Positions 45,770-56,900 of a stretch of 64,000 nucleotides of DNA are shown here, piece by piece (the stretch's first letter is position 1; the number at the start of each line of letters is the position of its first letter). Both the position numbers and the translations under genes were made by a program. Location of the stretch: positions 149,275 to 213,274 of IMG/VR virus record IMGVR_UViG_3300007735_000804, one strand, 5' to 3'. A model generated the notes under the pieces. It saw nothing but the letters and a program-made list of their open reading frames with translations, was not told the DNA's origin and searched no databases.

Positions 45770-47668
45770 TTATTTGTTAGTGTTTGATGTTGCTGTTGGA
45801 TACAATATTCCAGGTGATGAGCTTAATCGACCTCTTGGTGATGCTGTTGCAGAATCATTAGAGAAATCTATACGATCTACTGTTGATTTAGGTACAGGTA
45901 GGCTAGGATTATAACCACCACCAAACCAACCATAGTTGGAGTTTCCTGTTGCTGCTAATTGAGATCTTGGAGAACTTAATGTTCCTCTTACTAATGCGGT
46001 AAGAGAATCATTAGAAAAATCTATACGGTCTACTGTTGCTAATGGTCCAGGATTACCACCACCAAACCAACCATAGTTGGAGTTTCCTGTTGCTGCTAAA
46101 TCATATCTTGCCAAACTTAATGGACCTCTTGGTGATGCCGTGGAGGAATCATTAGAGAAATTTATACGGTCTACTGTTGATACTATTACTGTTGGTGTTA
46201 CACCACCACCAAACCAACCATAGTTAGAGTTTCCTGTTGCTGCTATCAAAGATTTTCCTGCTGGAGCATTTAATGGACCTCTTGGTGATGCTGTTGCAGA
46301 ATCATTGGAGAAATCTATGCGGTCTACTGTTGATACTTGTGTTGGTGTTGCACCACCACCAAACCAACCATAACTAGAGTTTCCTGTTGCTGCCAAATAA
46401 AATCTTCCTAAACTTAATGAACCTCTAACGGATGCTGTTGCAGAATCATTAGAAAAATCTATACGGTCTACTCTTGATGCTGGTCCTCCTAGTGGAGCAG
46501 GAAGAAAACCAGCACCAAACCATCCATAGTTAGAGTTTCCTGTTGCCGCAAAACCATATCTAGCAAGACTTAATGGTCCCCTAACTGATGCTGTTGCAGA
46601 ATCATTAGAGAAATCTATACGATCTACTGTTGCTGCTGGTCCTGGTAATGCTAATCCACCACCAAACCAACCATAATTCCCTGCTTTTTGTCTGCGAATA
46701 TTGAGAACTCCTGAGGTTGAGGATGAACCGTATCGTACAGAACTTAATGGACCCCTAACTGATACCGTTGCAGAATCATTAGAGAAATCTATGCGGTCTA
46801 TTGTTGATAAATATGAGACTGGAAGATCAATATCATAAAAAACTCCTCCACCAAACCAACCATAGTTGGAGTTTGCTGATGCTGCTGTTCTAAGTCTTGC
46901 AGAACTCAATGGACCTCTTGGTGATGCTGTTACCAAATCATTAGAGAAATCTATACGATCTACTAATTGTATCGCGGTAATTCCAGAATAACCACCACCA
47001 AACCAACCATAATTAGAATTTCCTGTTGCACCCGAACCAAACCTCCCCGCACTTAATGGACCTCTTGGTGATGCTGTTGCAGAATCATTTGAAAAATCGA
47101 TACGATCTACTAGTGTAAATCCCGCAACACCACCACCAAACCAACCATAATTGGAATTTCCTGTTGCCGCTCCACCCGCTACATACGAATTTAATTGACC
47201 TCTAACTGGTGCTGTTGCTGCATCATTAGAAAAATCGATACGGTCTACTGTTGTTATTGACGAACTGCTAAACCAACCATAGTTAGAGTTTCCTGTTGCT
47301 CCTCCGTTATATCTTGCCGAATTTAATGGACCTCTAACAGATGCTGTGGAAGACTCATTTGAAAAATCGATACGGTCTACTATTGAATAATTAAAAAATC
47401 CTCCACCAAACCAACCGTAATTGGAATTTCCCGTAGCGGATAAATAACGTCTTGCTAAACTTAAAGGACCTCTAACTGATGCTGTTGCAGAATCATTGGA
47501 AAAATTTATACGTTCTACTGATGATACTGTGGGACCACCAGTATCACCACCACCAAACCAACCGTAATTCGCAACGGTTTCTTTATTCAACCAATCACCA
47601 GTCAGTCGTCCACTACGAACTTCTCCAAGTGTAAATGCTCCAAAGATATTGTTATTATTGATTGTCAT
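45770..47668 (-). CDS. Kelch-like double beta-propeller protein B (12 blades)
   Basis: 12 NYGWFGGG repeats in two sets of six, joined by TSGVLNIRRQKAGNY. Confidence 0.8.
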   Translation of the reverse strand: MTINNNNIFGAFTLGEVRSGRLTGDWLNKETVANYGWFGGGDTGGPTVSSVERINFSNDSATASVRGPLSLARRYLSATGNSNYGWFGGGFFNYSIVDRIDFSNESSTASVRGPLNSARYNGGATGNSNYGWFSSSSITTVDRIDFSNDAATAPVRGQLNSYVAGGAATGNSNYGWFGGGVAGFTLVDRIDFSNDSATASPRGPLSAGRFGSGATGNSNYGWFGGGYSGITAIQLVDRIDFSNDLVTASPRGPLSSARLRTAASANSNYGWFGGGVFYDIDLPVSYLSTIDRIDFSNDSATVSVRGPLSSVRYGSSSTSGVLNIRRQKAGNYGWFGGGLALPGPAATVDRIDFSNDSATASVRGPLSLARYGFAATGNSNYGWFGAGFLPAPLGGPASRVDRIDFSNDSATASVRGSLSLGRFYLAATGNSSYGWFGGGATPTQVSTVDRIDFSNDSATASPRGPLNAPAGKSLIAATGNSNYGWFGGGVTPTVIVSTVDRINFSNDSSTASPRGPLSLARYDLAATGNSNYGWFGGGNPGPLATVDRIDFSNDSLTALVRGTLSSPRSQLAATGNSNYGWFGGGYNPSLPVPKSTVDRIDFSNDSATASPRGRLSSSPGILYPTATSNTNK

Positions 47669-47672
47669 TTAC

Positions 47673-48503
47673 TTATATGAAAAGACTGATTGGTGGTTTT
47701 GCCTTTCTCCAAAATTCCATACCAGAATACTTATTCAATACATAATCACTTAAAACTTCTTCAGGTCTTTTAGAAGTTCTCTTTACTTGCTTACGAACTT
47801 CGTGCATATCACTCAATCCGTAAACCTCATTATCTCTCTCACGGTATTTATGATTCACATTACCAAAATCGTGTTGATATTCAGGAATCTCTAAAAACTG
47901 ATAGACCTTACGCATCGTTTCTTCTGGACGGTTCACAAGGTCATTATACTCAATAATATGCATATACTTCTCACAACCCTTCCTGAACCCCTCTCCAAAG
48001 GCATATAAGGACTGGTCTACAATACCTTCAGGACACATTAGATAATCGCACCGAGTATCATCATTCACTTCATATCCATAATCTCTTAATGCCTTATCAA
48101 CAAATGAAACTTGATTGGAATTGCGATGAATCATTTGAATAAAAGACGCAAGAATCTCCAATACATCTCTTACGGGACACAGAATCTTTGGGTTCTTTGT
48201 GAGATATTCTTGTGCTCTATCAACATTATTCGGCCAAGCACGACACTTATCAACTACAATTGGTTTATCAACATCACTATAATAGTTCTCAATCACACTT
48301 GAAATAATCTTATGATGCTGTTCTGGTTTTGGATACGCAAGTGCCTGCTCTGATCCCTCAAAGTATTGCTCGGTATAATACATAATCTCCAACACAGGAG
48401 AAATAGCACCACAATGAATATCAGGATTTTGATTAAGTATTGCAGAAAGTAAAGTAGATCCAGAACGAGGCAATCCACTTTCAAAAAAATATGTCTTATG
48501 CAT
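47673..48503 (-). CDS. Sulfotransferase (family 3-like)
   Basis: SGLPRSGSTLL..ILNQNP PAPS-binding loop, DKCRAW, VRDVLEILASF, IEYNDLV..PEETM. Confidence 0.85.
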   Translation of the reverse strand: MHKTYFFESGLPRSGSTLLSAILNQNPDIHCGAISPVLEIMYYTEQYFEGSEQALAYPKPEQHHKIISSVIENYYSDVDKPIVVDKCRAWPNNVDRAQEYLTKNPKILCPVRDVLEILASFIQMIHRNSNQVSFVDKALRDYGYEVNDDTRCDYLMCPEGIVDQSLYAFGEGFRKGCEKYMHIIEYNDLVNRPEETMRKVYQFLEIPEYQHDFGNVNHKYRERDNEVYGLSDMHEVRKQVKRTSKRPEEVLSDYVLNKYSGMEFWRKAKPPISLFI

Positions 48504-49107
48504 TATTAAAAAAGAACAACTGAACTAATCTACCATTTTCTAGACAATCTCCAAAGTTTGCTCCGTGCGAATGCCAGAGTTTTGGATCAAAGATCACTGC
48601 TCTATTATACTTCATATTTGCCAAACAGTATCTCTCCCACTTGGAACGATCTAAACCATCACCATAAACAATACCTTGTCTTATCTCCTCATAAGAAGTA
48701 TAACCAAACCAACCTGCTTCGTGTTGTTCGGGGCATCTTTCCCATCCTAATTTCTTATGCTTCCAGAATGATGTTCCTGCCTCATCAATACACTGGTGAG
48801 GAAGATTCATATAAAGAACACAACCCCAGTCCCAGATTGGATCAATATGAATATCTTGTTGGAATGTATCTGCTTCTAATGATAATCTAAAATCTCCATG
48901 ATTGCCACAATCAGCAGGAACTAAATGTCTTCCAAGAAGATTCTCAAACTTATCGTGAATCTCTTGATTATAAAAAGTTCCGTTGGAGTTTCTACCTGGA
49001 TAAGTATAACCGTCTTGTGGTTGTGGATACTCTAGGTTCAATGCATACTGACGAACTTCATATGGATTCTCATAGAAGTTATCAACAATAATAATGTTCT
49101 GCTTCAT
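48496..49107 (-). CDS. 2OG-Fe(II) oxygenase-like protein (DUF6445-like)
   Basis: IIVDNFYENPYEVRQYAL...YPGRNS...IHID...LYMN...AGTSFW...YNRAVIFD..LWHSHG...RLVQLFFF. Confidence 0.78.
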   Translation of the reverse strand: MKQNIIIVDNFYENPYEVRQYALNLEYPQPQDGYTYPGRNSNGTFYNQEIHDKFENLLGRHLVPADCGNHGDFRLSLEADTFQQDIHIDPIWDWGCVLYMNLPHQCIDEAGTSFWKHKKLGWERCPEQHEAGWFGYTSYEEIRQGIVYGDGLDRSKWERYCLANMKYNRAVIFDPKLWHSHGANFGDCLENGRLVQLFFFNNA

Positions 49108-49128
49108 TAGTAATAATGTAGTTGGAAG

Positions 49129-49135
49129 TATTTAT
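49129..49135 (-). promoter_or_regulatory. Late promoter ATAAATA overlapping the propeller-gene stop
   Basis: tatttat on plus, duplicating the context at 41809. Confidence 0.6.
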
Positions 49136-51027
49136 GTTGGGGTGTTTGAAGATGCCGCTAAATATCCTCTTGCTGCACTTAATGAGCCTCTAACTGATGC
49201 TGATACAGAATCATTCGAAAAATCTATGCGGTCTACTGTTGCTAATACCAATACGAATGGAACATTAGTATTTCCACCACCAAACCATCCATAGTTAGAG
49301 TTTCCTGTTGCTGTTAAATATGCTCTTTGATAACTTAATATACCTCTTGGTGATGCTATTGCTAAATCATTAGAAAAATTTACTCTGTCTATTAGAGATT
49401 TATAAGCAGGTGATGTGCCAGTTAAACTTCCACCACCAAACCAACCATAGTTAGAGTTTCCTGTTGCTGCTAAACCATTTCTTTGTAAACTTAATGAACC
49501 TCTTGGGGATAATGAGTTAGAATCATTAGAGAAATCAATACGGTCTACTATTGCCACTGGGGAAGGTGATGGACCACCACCACCAAACCATCCATAGTTA
49601 GAGTTTCCTGTTGCTGCTGCTGCATATCTTGCAGCACTTAATGAACTTCTTGGTGATGCTGTTGATAAATCATTAGAAAAATTTATACGATCTACTGTTG
49701 CTGAAACTATTGTTGGAGTAGCACCACCACCAAACCAACCATAGTTAGAGTTTCCTGTTGCTACTAAACGCCATCTGGATAAACTTAATGGACCTCTTGG
49801 TGATGCTGTTGCAGAATCATTGGAGAAATCTATACGGTCTACTATTGATACTGTTGTTGATGGTGGTGAAATATATCCGCCACCAAACCAACCATAGTTA
49901 GAGTTTCCTGTTGCTGCTAACCCATATCTTCCTACTGGAGCATTTAATAAACCTCTTGATGATGCTGTTGGTAAATCATTAGAGAAATCTATACGATCTA
50001 CTGTTGAATATGATGAGGGAGAGTTTAAACCTCCACCAAACCAACCATAAGACCCTGCTTTTTGTAGTTTAATTGCTGGTCCTTTTGCTTGTCCTGATGT
50101 TGATCCAAAACCATATCTTGCTGAACTTAATGAACCTCTTACGGATGCTGTTGAGGAATCATTAGAAAAATCTATACGGTCTACTCTTGATAATGAACCA
50201 GGAAAACCTCCACCAAACCAACCATAGTTAGAGTTTCCTGTTGCTGCTAAACCATATCTTGCTGAACTTAATGATCCTCTAACGGATGCTGTTACAGAAT
50301 CATTGGAGAAATCTATGCGATTTACTATTGAATATGGTGATTGAAATTGAAAATAACCACCACCGAACCAACCATAGTTGGAGTTTCCTGTTGCTGCTAA
50401 ATTATATGTTGCTAAACTTAATGGACCTCTAACGGATGTTGTTCCAGAATCATTTGAAAAATCTATACGGTCTACTGTTGATAATGGACCAGGAGCACCA
50501 CCACCAAACCAACCATAGTTAGAGTTTCCTGTTGCTGTTAATTGTTGTCTTGCTAAACTTAATGGTCCTCTTGGTGATGCCGTAGAAGAATCATTAGAGA
50601 AATCGATACGTTCTACTTTTGATACTCCTGGAAATCCACCACCACCAAACCAACCATAGTTAGAGTTTCCTGTTGCTGCTAAACCATATCTTGCTGAACT
50701 TAATGGACCTCTCGGCGATGATGTTCCAGAATCATTGGAGAAATCTATACGGTCTACTACTGCCAATGGTCCTGGAGGTCCTGGAGATTTACCACCACCA
50801 AACCAACCATAATTAGAGTTTCCTGTTGCTGCTAAAGCACCTCTTGCTAAACTTAATGGACCTCTTACTGATGCCGTGGAGGAATCATTAGAGAAATCTA
50901 TACGGTCTACTGTTGATAATGGACCAGGGATGCTACCACCAAACCAACCGTGAGTATTTTGAGAACTCATCAACTCGATTCTCTTCAGTTTATAAGCAAC
51001 CTGTAATCCAAATACTCCAATTGCCAT
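49132..51027 (-). CDS. Kelch-like double beta-propeller protein A (12 blades)
   Basis: 12 GWFGGG repeats in two sets of six, joined by TSGQAKGPAIKLQKAGSY. Confidence 0.8.
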   Translation of the reverse strand: MAIGVFGLQVAYKLKRIELMSSQNTHGWFGGSIPGPLSTVDRIDFSNDSSTASVRGPLSLARGALAATGNSNYGWFGGGKSPGPPGPLAVVDRIDFSNDSGTSSPRGPLSSARYGLAATGNSNYGWFGGGGFPGVSKVERIDFSNDSSTASPRGPLSLARQQLTATGNSNYGWFGGGAPGPLSTVDRIDFSNDSGTTSVRGPLSLATYNLAATGNSNYGWFGGGYFQFQSPYSIVNRIDFSNDSVTASVRGSLSSARYGLAATGNSNYGWFGGGFPGSLSRVDRIDFSNDSSTASVRGSLSSARYGFGSTSGQAKGPAIKLQKAGSYGWFGGGLNSPSSYSTVDRIDFSNDLPTASSRGLLNAPVGRYGLAATGNSNYGWFGGGYISPPSTTVSIVDRIDFSNDSATASPRGPLSLSRWRLVATGNSNYGWFGGGATPTIVSATVDRINFSNDLSTASPRSSLSAARYAAAATGNSNYGWFGGGGPSPSPVAIVDRIDFSNDSNSLSPRGSLSLQRNGLAATGNSNYGWFGGGSLTGTSPAYKSLIDRVNFSNDLAIASPRGILSYQRAYLTATGNSNYGWFGGGNTNVPFVLVLATVDRIDFSNDSVSASVRGSLSAARGYLAASSNTPT

Positions 51028-51028
51028 T

Positions 51029-51682
51029 TTACTTACCGAATACGTGAGAACCGATGTGTTGTAATTCTATACTTGTATCCAACCAAACATCATAACCAAT
51101 ATCACTGACTCGATGAAAGAAACTCATATCTTCTCCCAAGTATTTTCCTTCCTTATTCATTTCTGCAAAGTAGTGATAAGAATTATGATATTCCTTTTCA
51201 GTAATTGGATAATTTGAATTATTCAATCCTGGAAAATACTTGAGTTCGCTATAATGCTTATTTAGTTTCTCAAACACACTTCTATGAATTAATACAAATC
51301 CCATTCCAATTCCACCAATCTTAACCAGATTTCCACATAACTTTACAGGGTTATAAAGTTCATAACAATACCTCAAAGGTATTGTCTTCATAGGATATGC
51401 AGCAGACGCAATTGCCTTTTGATATGAGTAGAGTTTCAATACATCTTCTGGTGAAAACGCAACATCAGCATCCAAACAAAACAAATACTCAAACTCCGTA
51501 TTATTCATAAAGAAGTTTGCAATTCTTGAGCGTCCGTGAGTAATCAAAGACTCATTCGCCACAGTCATAATGCCGTGAGAAACATTTTCACGGACTAGTA
51601 ATTTACCAAGATTAAAGAGTGAGGTTGTTGTTTTTTCATTCACCAATCCACCATAACAAGGCAATGATATAAGAATACTCAT
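51029..51682 (-). CDS. GT-A-fold glycosyltransferase-like protein
   Basis: ILISLPCYGG, ESLITHGRS, LFCLDAD (DxD), GMGFVLIHRSVF, YLGEDMSFFHRV...G..VWLD...L.HIG. Confidence 0.75.
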   Translation of the reverse strand: MSILISLPCYGGLVNEKTTTSLFNLGKLLVRENVSHGIMTVANESLITHGRSRIANFFMNNTEFEYLFCLDADVAFSPEDVLKLYSYQKAIASAAYPMKTIPLRYCYELYNPVKLCGNLVKIGGIGMGFVLIHRSVFEKLNKHYSELKYFPGLNNSNYPITEKEYHNSYHYFAEMNKEGKYLGEDMSFFHRVSDIGYDVWLDTSIELQHIGSHVFGK

Positions 51683-51685
51683 AAA

Positions 51686-53938
51686 TTATGTTGTCTTTTG
51701 TTTTGCTGCGATTTGTATTTCAATAGTTCCTGGAGTTGATGCATAAGCAAAAATTGATTGACCGATACCAATTCTCTTTGGAGATTCGCAGAGTTCAATT
51801 GAAGAGTTCTTTGGAATAATCATATTATATGCCAACCAAGAGAATACTGTATCACTATTACCAATACCTACCCATACAGGATAATCACCACCAGGATAGA
51901 TTGAACCATCACTGATATTTGAAACACGAATGGATTGAACGATTGATGGATAAGTATTTCCAGTTCCATAATAGCACAATGGAACAGTAGATGTAATACC
52001 CAAAACAGGAGATGTTGCTAGTGATGCTACAGTTACAATACCAACAACCGTTCCTGTTCCGTTTTGATATGATGTATCGGTTGATGTCTGGTAAACAATC
52101 GTTGCCTGTAATGCACCGTCTTGTGGAACTACAATTTCTGTAAATGAATATGATGTGTTTGCTAGAGATGTTATTGCTGGTCTTGTTAATGGAATTGATA
52201 AAGATCCTGGAGTATAACCAACACCAACAAAGGTATTGGTTTGAATACCAGTATTATTACCTGTTCCTTGAACCAACATACCAGAAGTCAAGAAGTTCGT
52301 AATTGCCGCTCCTGCAGTAACGGTTAAGAAATTTGAGTTTGCTGTTTGTGAAACTGCGTTAGTTGATGTTGAACCAATACCAGAACCTGCACCAGTAGAT
52401 TGTAGAACGATACTGTCTAATGCGTTTAAGACCATTGGTTGTTTTAAAAGTTCAACCGCAGAACCAACTGGAACTGGAAGTCTGGATGAAACTTTAGAAA
52501 CTGGTGAGAAGAACAATGTTCCTGTTGCACGACCACTCATTGGTTTGCTTAATGTAATGGTATTTCCATCAACACTAGTTACATAAGTATTAAACTGGAA
52601 TCCAGCAGTCGAACCAATACCTGTAGTCTCACCAATATTACCAGTACCAGTTACTGCCATACCAACTGTAATGCTACTTGCAGAACCTACAGCAAATGTA
52701 TGAATACCCGGACCACCACTAGAACCAGCGCCTACTGAAATTGTCGCAGGAACTTTTCTATTATTCAATATAAATCCAGCAGTGATTTCAGCATCACCGT
52801 TAGATATATTAGTAACGTGAATCGAATGAATTAGATATTTACTTGATCCAGAAGGTAAAGTTGTGATTTGTGTGGTCGTTGTTCCTACACCAACAATATC
52901 CAATGTTCCTGTTGGTTGAATGTAAAGAACGTTATCAATCGTTGTATCAAACTTACCAGAACCACCACCACCTGCTGCTGCAGTAGTCCATTGAGTTCCT
53001 GTTACAGTTGATTGAAGAACCTGCCCTGACGTTCCTGGAGAATTTGTGGAATCATAAATGGCACCAGTAACTCTTGCATTACCTTGAACGTGTAGAGTTT
53101 GTGATGGTCTTGTTGTTCCTATGCCGACATTAGTTGAAGAACCAATAGAAACAGTACCAACACCAGCAGTTGGACCAATGTTGATTTGAGTGAGAGAACC
53201 AGAAAGACCATTAGTTCCAAGGTTAATTGTTTTGGTATTTCCAGAAGAAGTAGCACCTGCTTGAATATCAGTTTGTTGTGATGTTGTTGCTTGTCCAAAT
53301 GTGATTAGTCCAGTTCCAGAAATTCCACCAAAGGTTAATGTTCCCGTTGTTTGGTTTGTTCCAAAAACATGAGTTCCTGTTGATGAACCAGTTAATGAAA
53401 GTGTCCCTATAGCAGATATTGTATCGTTAAAATTTTGTTGTGCTCCAAATGTTTGAGATAAACCAAGAACTGCTACTGTATCAGTTGTAGTAATTACAGG
53501 TAGGTTGAGAACTCTATCAGCAGCAATTGCACCACCAGTAATTGTATAACCAAAAGTGTTTGCTGGGTTTCTTATCTTGAGTCCTGATGATAAGAAGGTT
53601 CCAACACCAGCAACATATAAGTTATTTGCGGTAATAAATCCAACTGTAGTAATACCAGAAACATTCAATTGTGATACTGACGCAATACCACCTATGACAT
53701 TAGTTGATACACCAGAGGTCGTTGCATAAGTTGCAATACCACTTGAGGTAGCATAAGTCGCTATACCAGCGGTTGTAGCATAAGTGGCACTTGACGCATT
53801 ACCAGAGAAACTTGATGCTGTTACAATTCCGGCAACTTGAATTCCAGAAGAATTTGCCGTGACTGCAGAACCTACTACAACACTTGTATCAATTGTTGCA
53901 GTTCCATAAATCCTTGTTCCAGATTTAAGTTTTGCCAT
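51686..53938 (-). CDS. Tail fibre-like structural protein (750 aa)
   Basis: MAKLKSGTRIYG, ATYAT repeats, GIGT motifs and two copies of an I.SI.V.NIS beta domain. Confidence 0.75.
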   Translation of the reverse strand: MAKLKSGTRIYGTATIDTSVVVGSAVTANSSGIQVAGIVTASSFSGNASSATYATTAGIATYATSSGIATYATTSGVSTNVIGGIASVSQLNVSGITTVGFITANNLYVAGVGTFLSSGLKIRNPANTFGYTITGGAIAADRVLNLPVITTTDTVAVLGLSQTFGAQQNFNDTISAIGTLSLTGSSTGTHVFGTNQTTGTLTFGGISGTGLITFGQATTSQQTDIQAGATSSGNTKTINLGTNGLSGSLTQINIGPTAGVGTVSIGSSTNVGIGTTRPSQTLHVQGNARVTGAIYDSTNSPGTSGQVLQSTVTGTQWTTAAAGGGGSGKFDTTIDNVLYIQPTGTLDIVGVGTTTTQITTLPSGSSKYLIHSIHVTNISNGDAEITAGFILNNRKVPATISVGAGSSGGPGIHTFAVGSASSITVGMAVTGTGNIGETTGIGSTAGFQFNTYVTSVDGNTITLSKPMSGRATGTLFFSPVSKVSSRLPVPVGSAVELLKQPMVLNALDSIVLQSTGAGSGIGSTSTNAVSQTANSNFLTVTAGAAITNFLTSGMLVQGTGNNTGIQTNTFVGVGYTPGSLSIPLTRPAITSLANTSYSFTEIVVPQDGALQATIVYQTSTDTSYQNGTGTVVGIVTVASLATSPVLGITSTVPLCYYGTGNTYPSIVQSIRVSNISDGSIYPGGDYPVWVGIGNSDTVFSWLAYNMIIPKNSSIELCESPKRIGIGQSIFAYASTPGTIEIQIAAKQKTT

Positions 53939-53941
53939 TTT

Positions 53942-56900
53942 TTATGCTTGTGCCTCCGTCCAAGAAAGTCGCGCAAGTACATCAACTGCCGAACCTCCAA
54001 CATTTGTTGCAGTAATTGTAAGAACATCAGGACCATCTGGGTAAATTTGTGTATTGGAAGTTGACCCTCCACCACCAAGAATAGAATTACCAAGATCTCT
54101 AACTTTATCCAACTCAATGCTTGAAGTTCCCGACACGAAAAATCCTGCAGTCACTTCACCACCAGATAGAGTTGTAGAACCTCCAGCATAGTCGGCAATT
54201 TGCGCCAAACTGGAATTTTGAACTCCAGAAACATTACCAACAGCATTTGTCCAAGTTGTTGCAGTACTTGGAATAGAATTTAAATATGCCCTCACCAAAA
54301 AGTTTGCACCACTCGTTTTTGTAGTAAGGTCAAGAGTGCGAAGAACTAACTGCATTCGATTAATCAATTCCCTTGAACCAAATGCTGCTGCAATACCATT
54401 ATCCACTGATGGTGATACTCGAATTGAAAAAAGTGCTTTTGTTGATCCAGCATTTCCTGCTGCGGCAAGATTAGTAAATGTAGTTTGTCCGTAAGTAAAA
54501 ACCAGTGATTTATCATCATCGAATCTTCCATCCATAATCACACTTGTTCCCCAGTGAGAGATAGAAGGTCCATAAGTCGGGAACGCAAGTTCAACAGCGG
54601 TTGGGTCAGTTGCAGAATATGTAAATGCTTGACCTGTTGTTGCACCCATAGGAACTGCAGCAACTGTTGGATTTAATGCAGTTACTGCCTGACTTAATGT
54701 AATTGTTCCAGATCCAATTGCACTGATGTAAGTTCCATCTGGTACACCAGTGGATGATATTATTCTTTGTCCCACTTGTAGGTTTGTAGTCGTTGCAGTT
54801 GCCACATTTGAACCTGATGCAACTGTAAGTGCAAGAGAAGAATTGCCTGATTTACCTCTTGTAACTCCTGTAAATGCTGTTGTGCCGATTCCCGTATAAT
54901 TTACATACTCATAAGTATCTGCATTTCGAATTACTAAAGTGCCCGCAGAAGGGAATCCTGCAGTACTTGCAACACCAACAAATGTATCAGATGCTCCAAC
55001 ACTATTATTGATTTGAGTTGTTGGTGGACGACTTTCACTTTCATATCGTCCTGGCAAATTTCCAGAACGCATATATGCTTCCGTATTAACATTATTATTT
55101 GGAGATTTATGACAATAGATTATATCTCCTGTTGGACCACGGAATCCCCAACGAATGAATCCAGCACCATACCAAGAATAATCAATATAAAACATCTGCA
55201 TCTTGGTGAGATCAAGATTAAAACCAGAAGGTCCTGTGCCATCACACTTATCAATATTCCACTGAGATTGTGGAATTCTTGTATCAACAGTTCTTGAAAT
55301 AACAACATAATCCGCAGTTGCTCCACGATAAGATGGAGAAATTGTCATACTTGTATCACTTGCAATATCAACAACACGATATGATTGTCCTCGAAGAACA
55401 ACATAATCTCCAATACTCAATTGTCTTGCAAATGCAGTTGGGAATGTTGAGTTTGTTTGAGTTACAGTATTAGTCCCATTCGTAACACTTACTTTTCCTG
55501 CAAGTTGATATGTTGAATTTCTACGAACTGCATAAAGTGTTTGTCCGTCAAACTCAAAGAATACTCCATTTTGAGAATCAAAAGCACCTAAACGATTGGA
55601 ACATCCATACCAACTTGAAACGGAACAATTATAATTACCAGATGCAATAGTAGACCCAATTCCAGATGTTGAAGTAAGGTTAAAAGTATTATATCCTGTT
55701 ACAGAAGTTACACTATAAGTTCCATTATATCCAGTTTCATTTGCACCAGAAATTGTAACTTGAGTTCCTGGTGTTGCTGCTTGAATATTATGTTGTTCTT
55801 TTGTTTGAACTACAATTGTACTTCCTACACTTACTCCAGTTGAAGTTAATGAATCAAGTTGAAGATTCGGTTTGAGACAAGTTCCAGAACTAATTTGAAT
55901 TCCTTTACCCGATTGATAACGGAAATATCTTCTTGTTTGACGAGTTGCCTGTTCAAAATTAGATGTTGCATTATTCGTAAAAATAACTCCACCATCAAAA
56001 GGACGATGTAAAAATTGTCCGGAAGGTCTTACATAAATTGCACCACCCGATGGGTTTGCTGCTGGGGCAGTATTTGCATAATAAGTAAAGGTTCTTGAAC
56101 TTGTAATTCCAGCAACAAAGAAAGAACCGTTTGCATTTACCTGCGAAGTTCCAACAACTGCAATTTGATTTCCAATTGCAAGACCATGAGGAACTGTGGT
56201 TGTTACGGGAATTGCAGTTCCAGAAGTCCAGGAAAATGTTGGAGATCCACCAATTGCCGCATTAGTATAGGTAGATCCACTGAAAATACCAGTTTTATTG
56301 GCATCAAAAATTTGAGTGACTGATCCAGTATTGGTTGCTCTTGCCGTATAAGTGAAGTTTGTATTACCAGCACCGATACTTTCTACAAGAAAATTACCAT
56401 TCGCAATATTCAAATAAGTATCCTGAACTGTAATTGCAGATCCAATTCCAGGAATAGACGATGTTCCACTAGCACCAACTACAACTGTAACTGTTCTAGA
56501 ACTGGTTGGCAATGTCATTGTGCCAATACCAGTAATTGGCACCGAGGATGGAAAAGAAAATGGGCGATTATTAATCATCGCAAGGTTTTCCCATTTTGTT
56601 ACTTGAGTACCATACTCAAAGTCAGTATCAATCAATGCTTGTGGGGAAGAAACTCTAAATTTGTTTACTGGATCAACATAAGTTTCAGAAGGAGTAAACT
56701 TCTCATCATATTCATCTACAATGATTTGAAGTTTGTCTGTGCTACTCATTGAAGCAGTATTATAATTTAATACGACTGTGGTTGTATTGACACCTCCAGA
56801 AGTTGAGACGGTATAAGAAGTTGCCTTTAAATTTGCATCAGAAAAATTATAGATTACCGTGTTCGTCGTTACATTGGTAATCAGTATTAATCGTTCTCTC

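Noticed and set aside
41812-51027. Repeat-spacer pattern superficially like a CRISPR array
   Set aside because: The repeats are in frame within long ORFs, have a period of about 130-150 bp with third-position wobble, and no leader or cas genes are present. They are protein blade repeats.
41812-51027. Diversity-generating retroelement acting on the variable loops
   Set aside because: No reverse transcriptase is visible in the window, and no template/variable repeat pair differing only at adenines was found.
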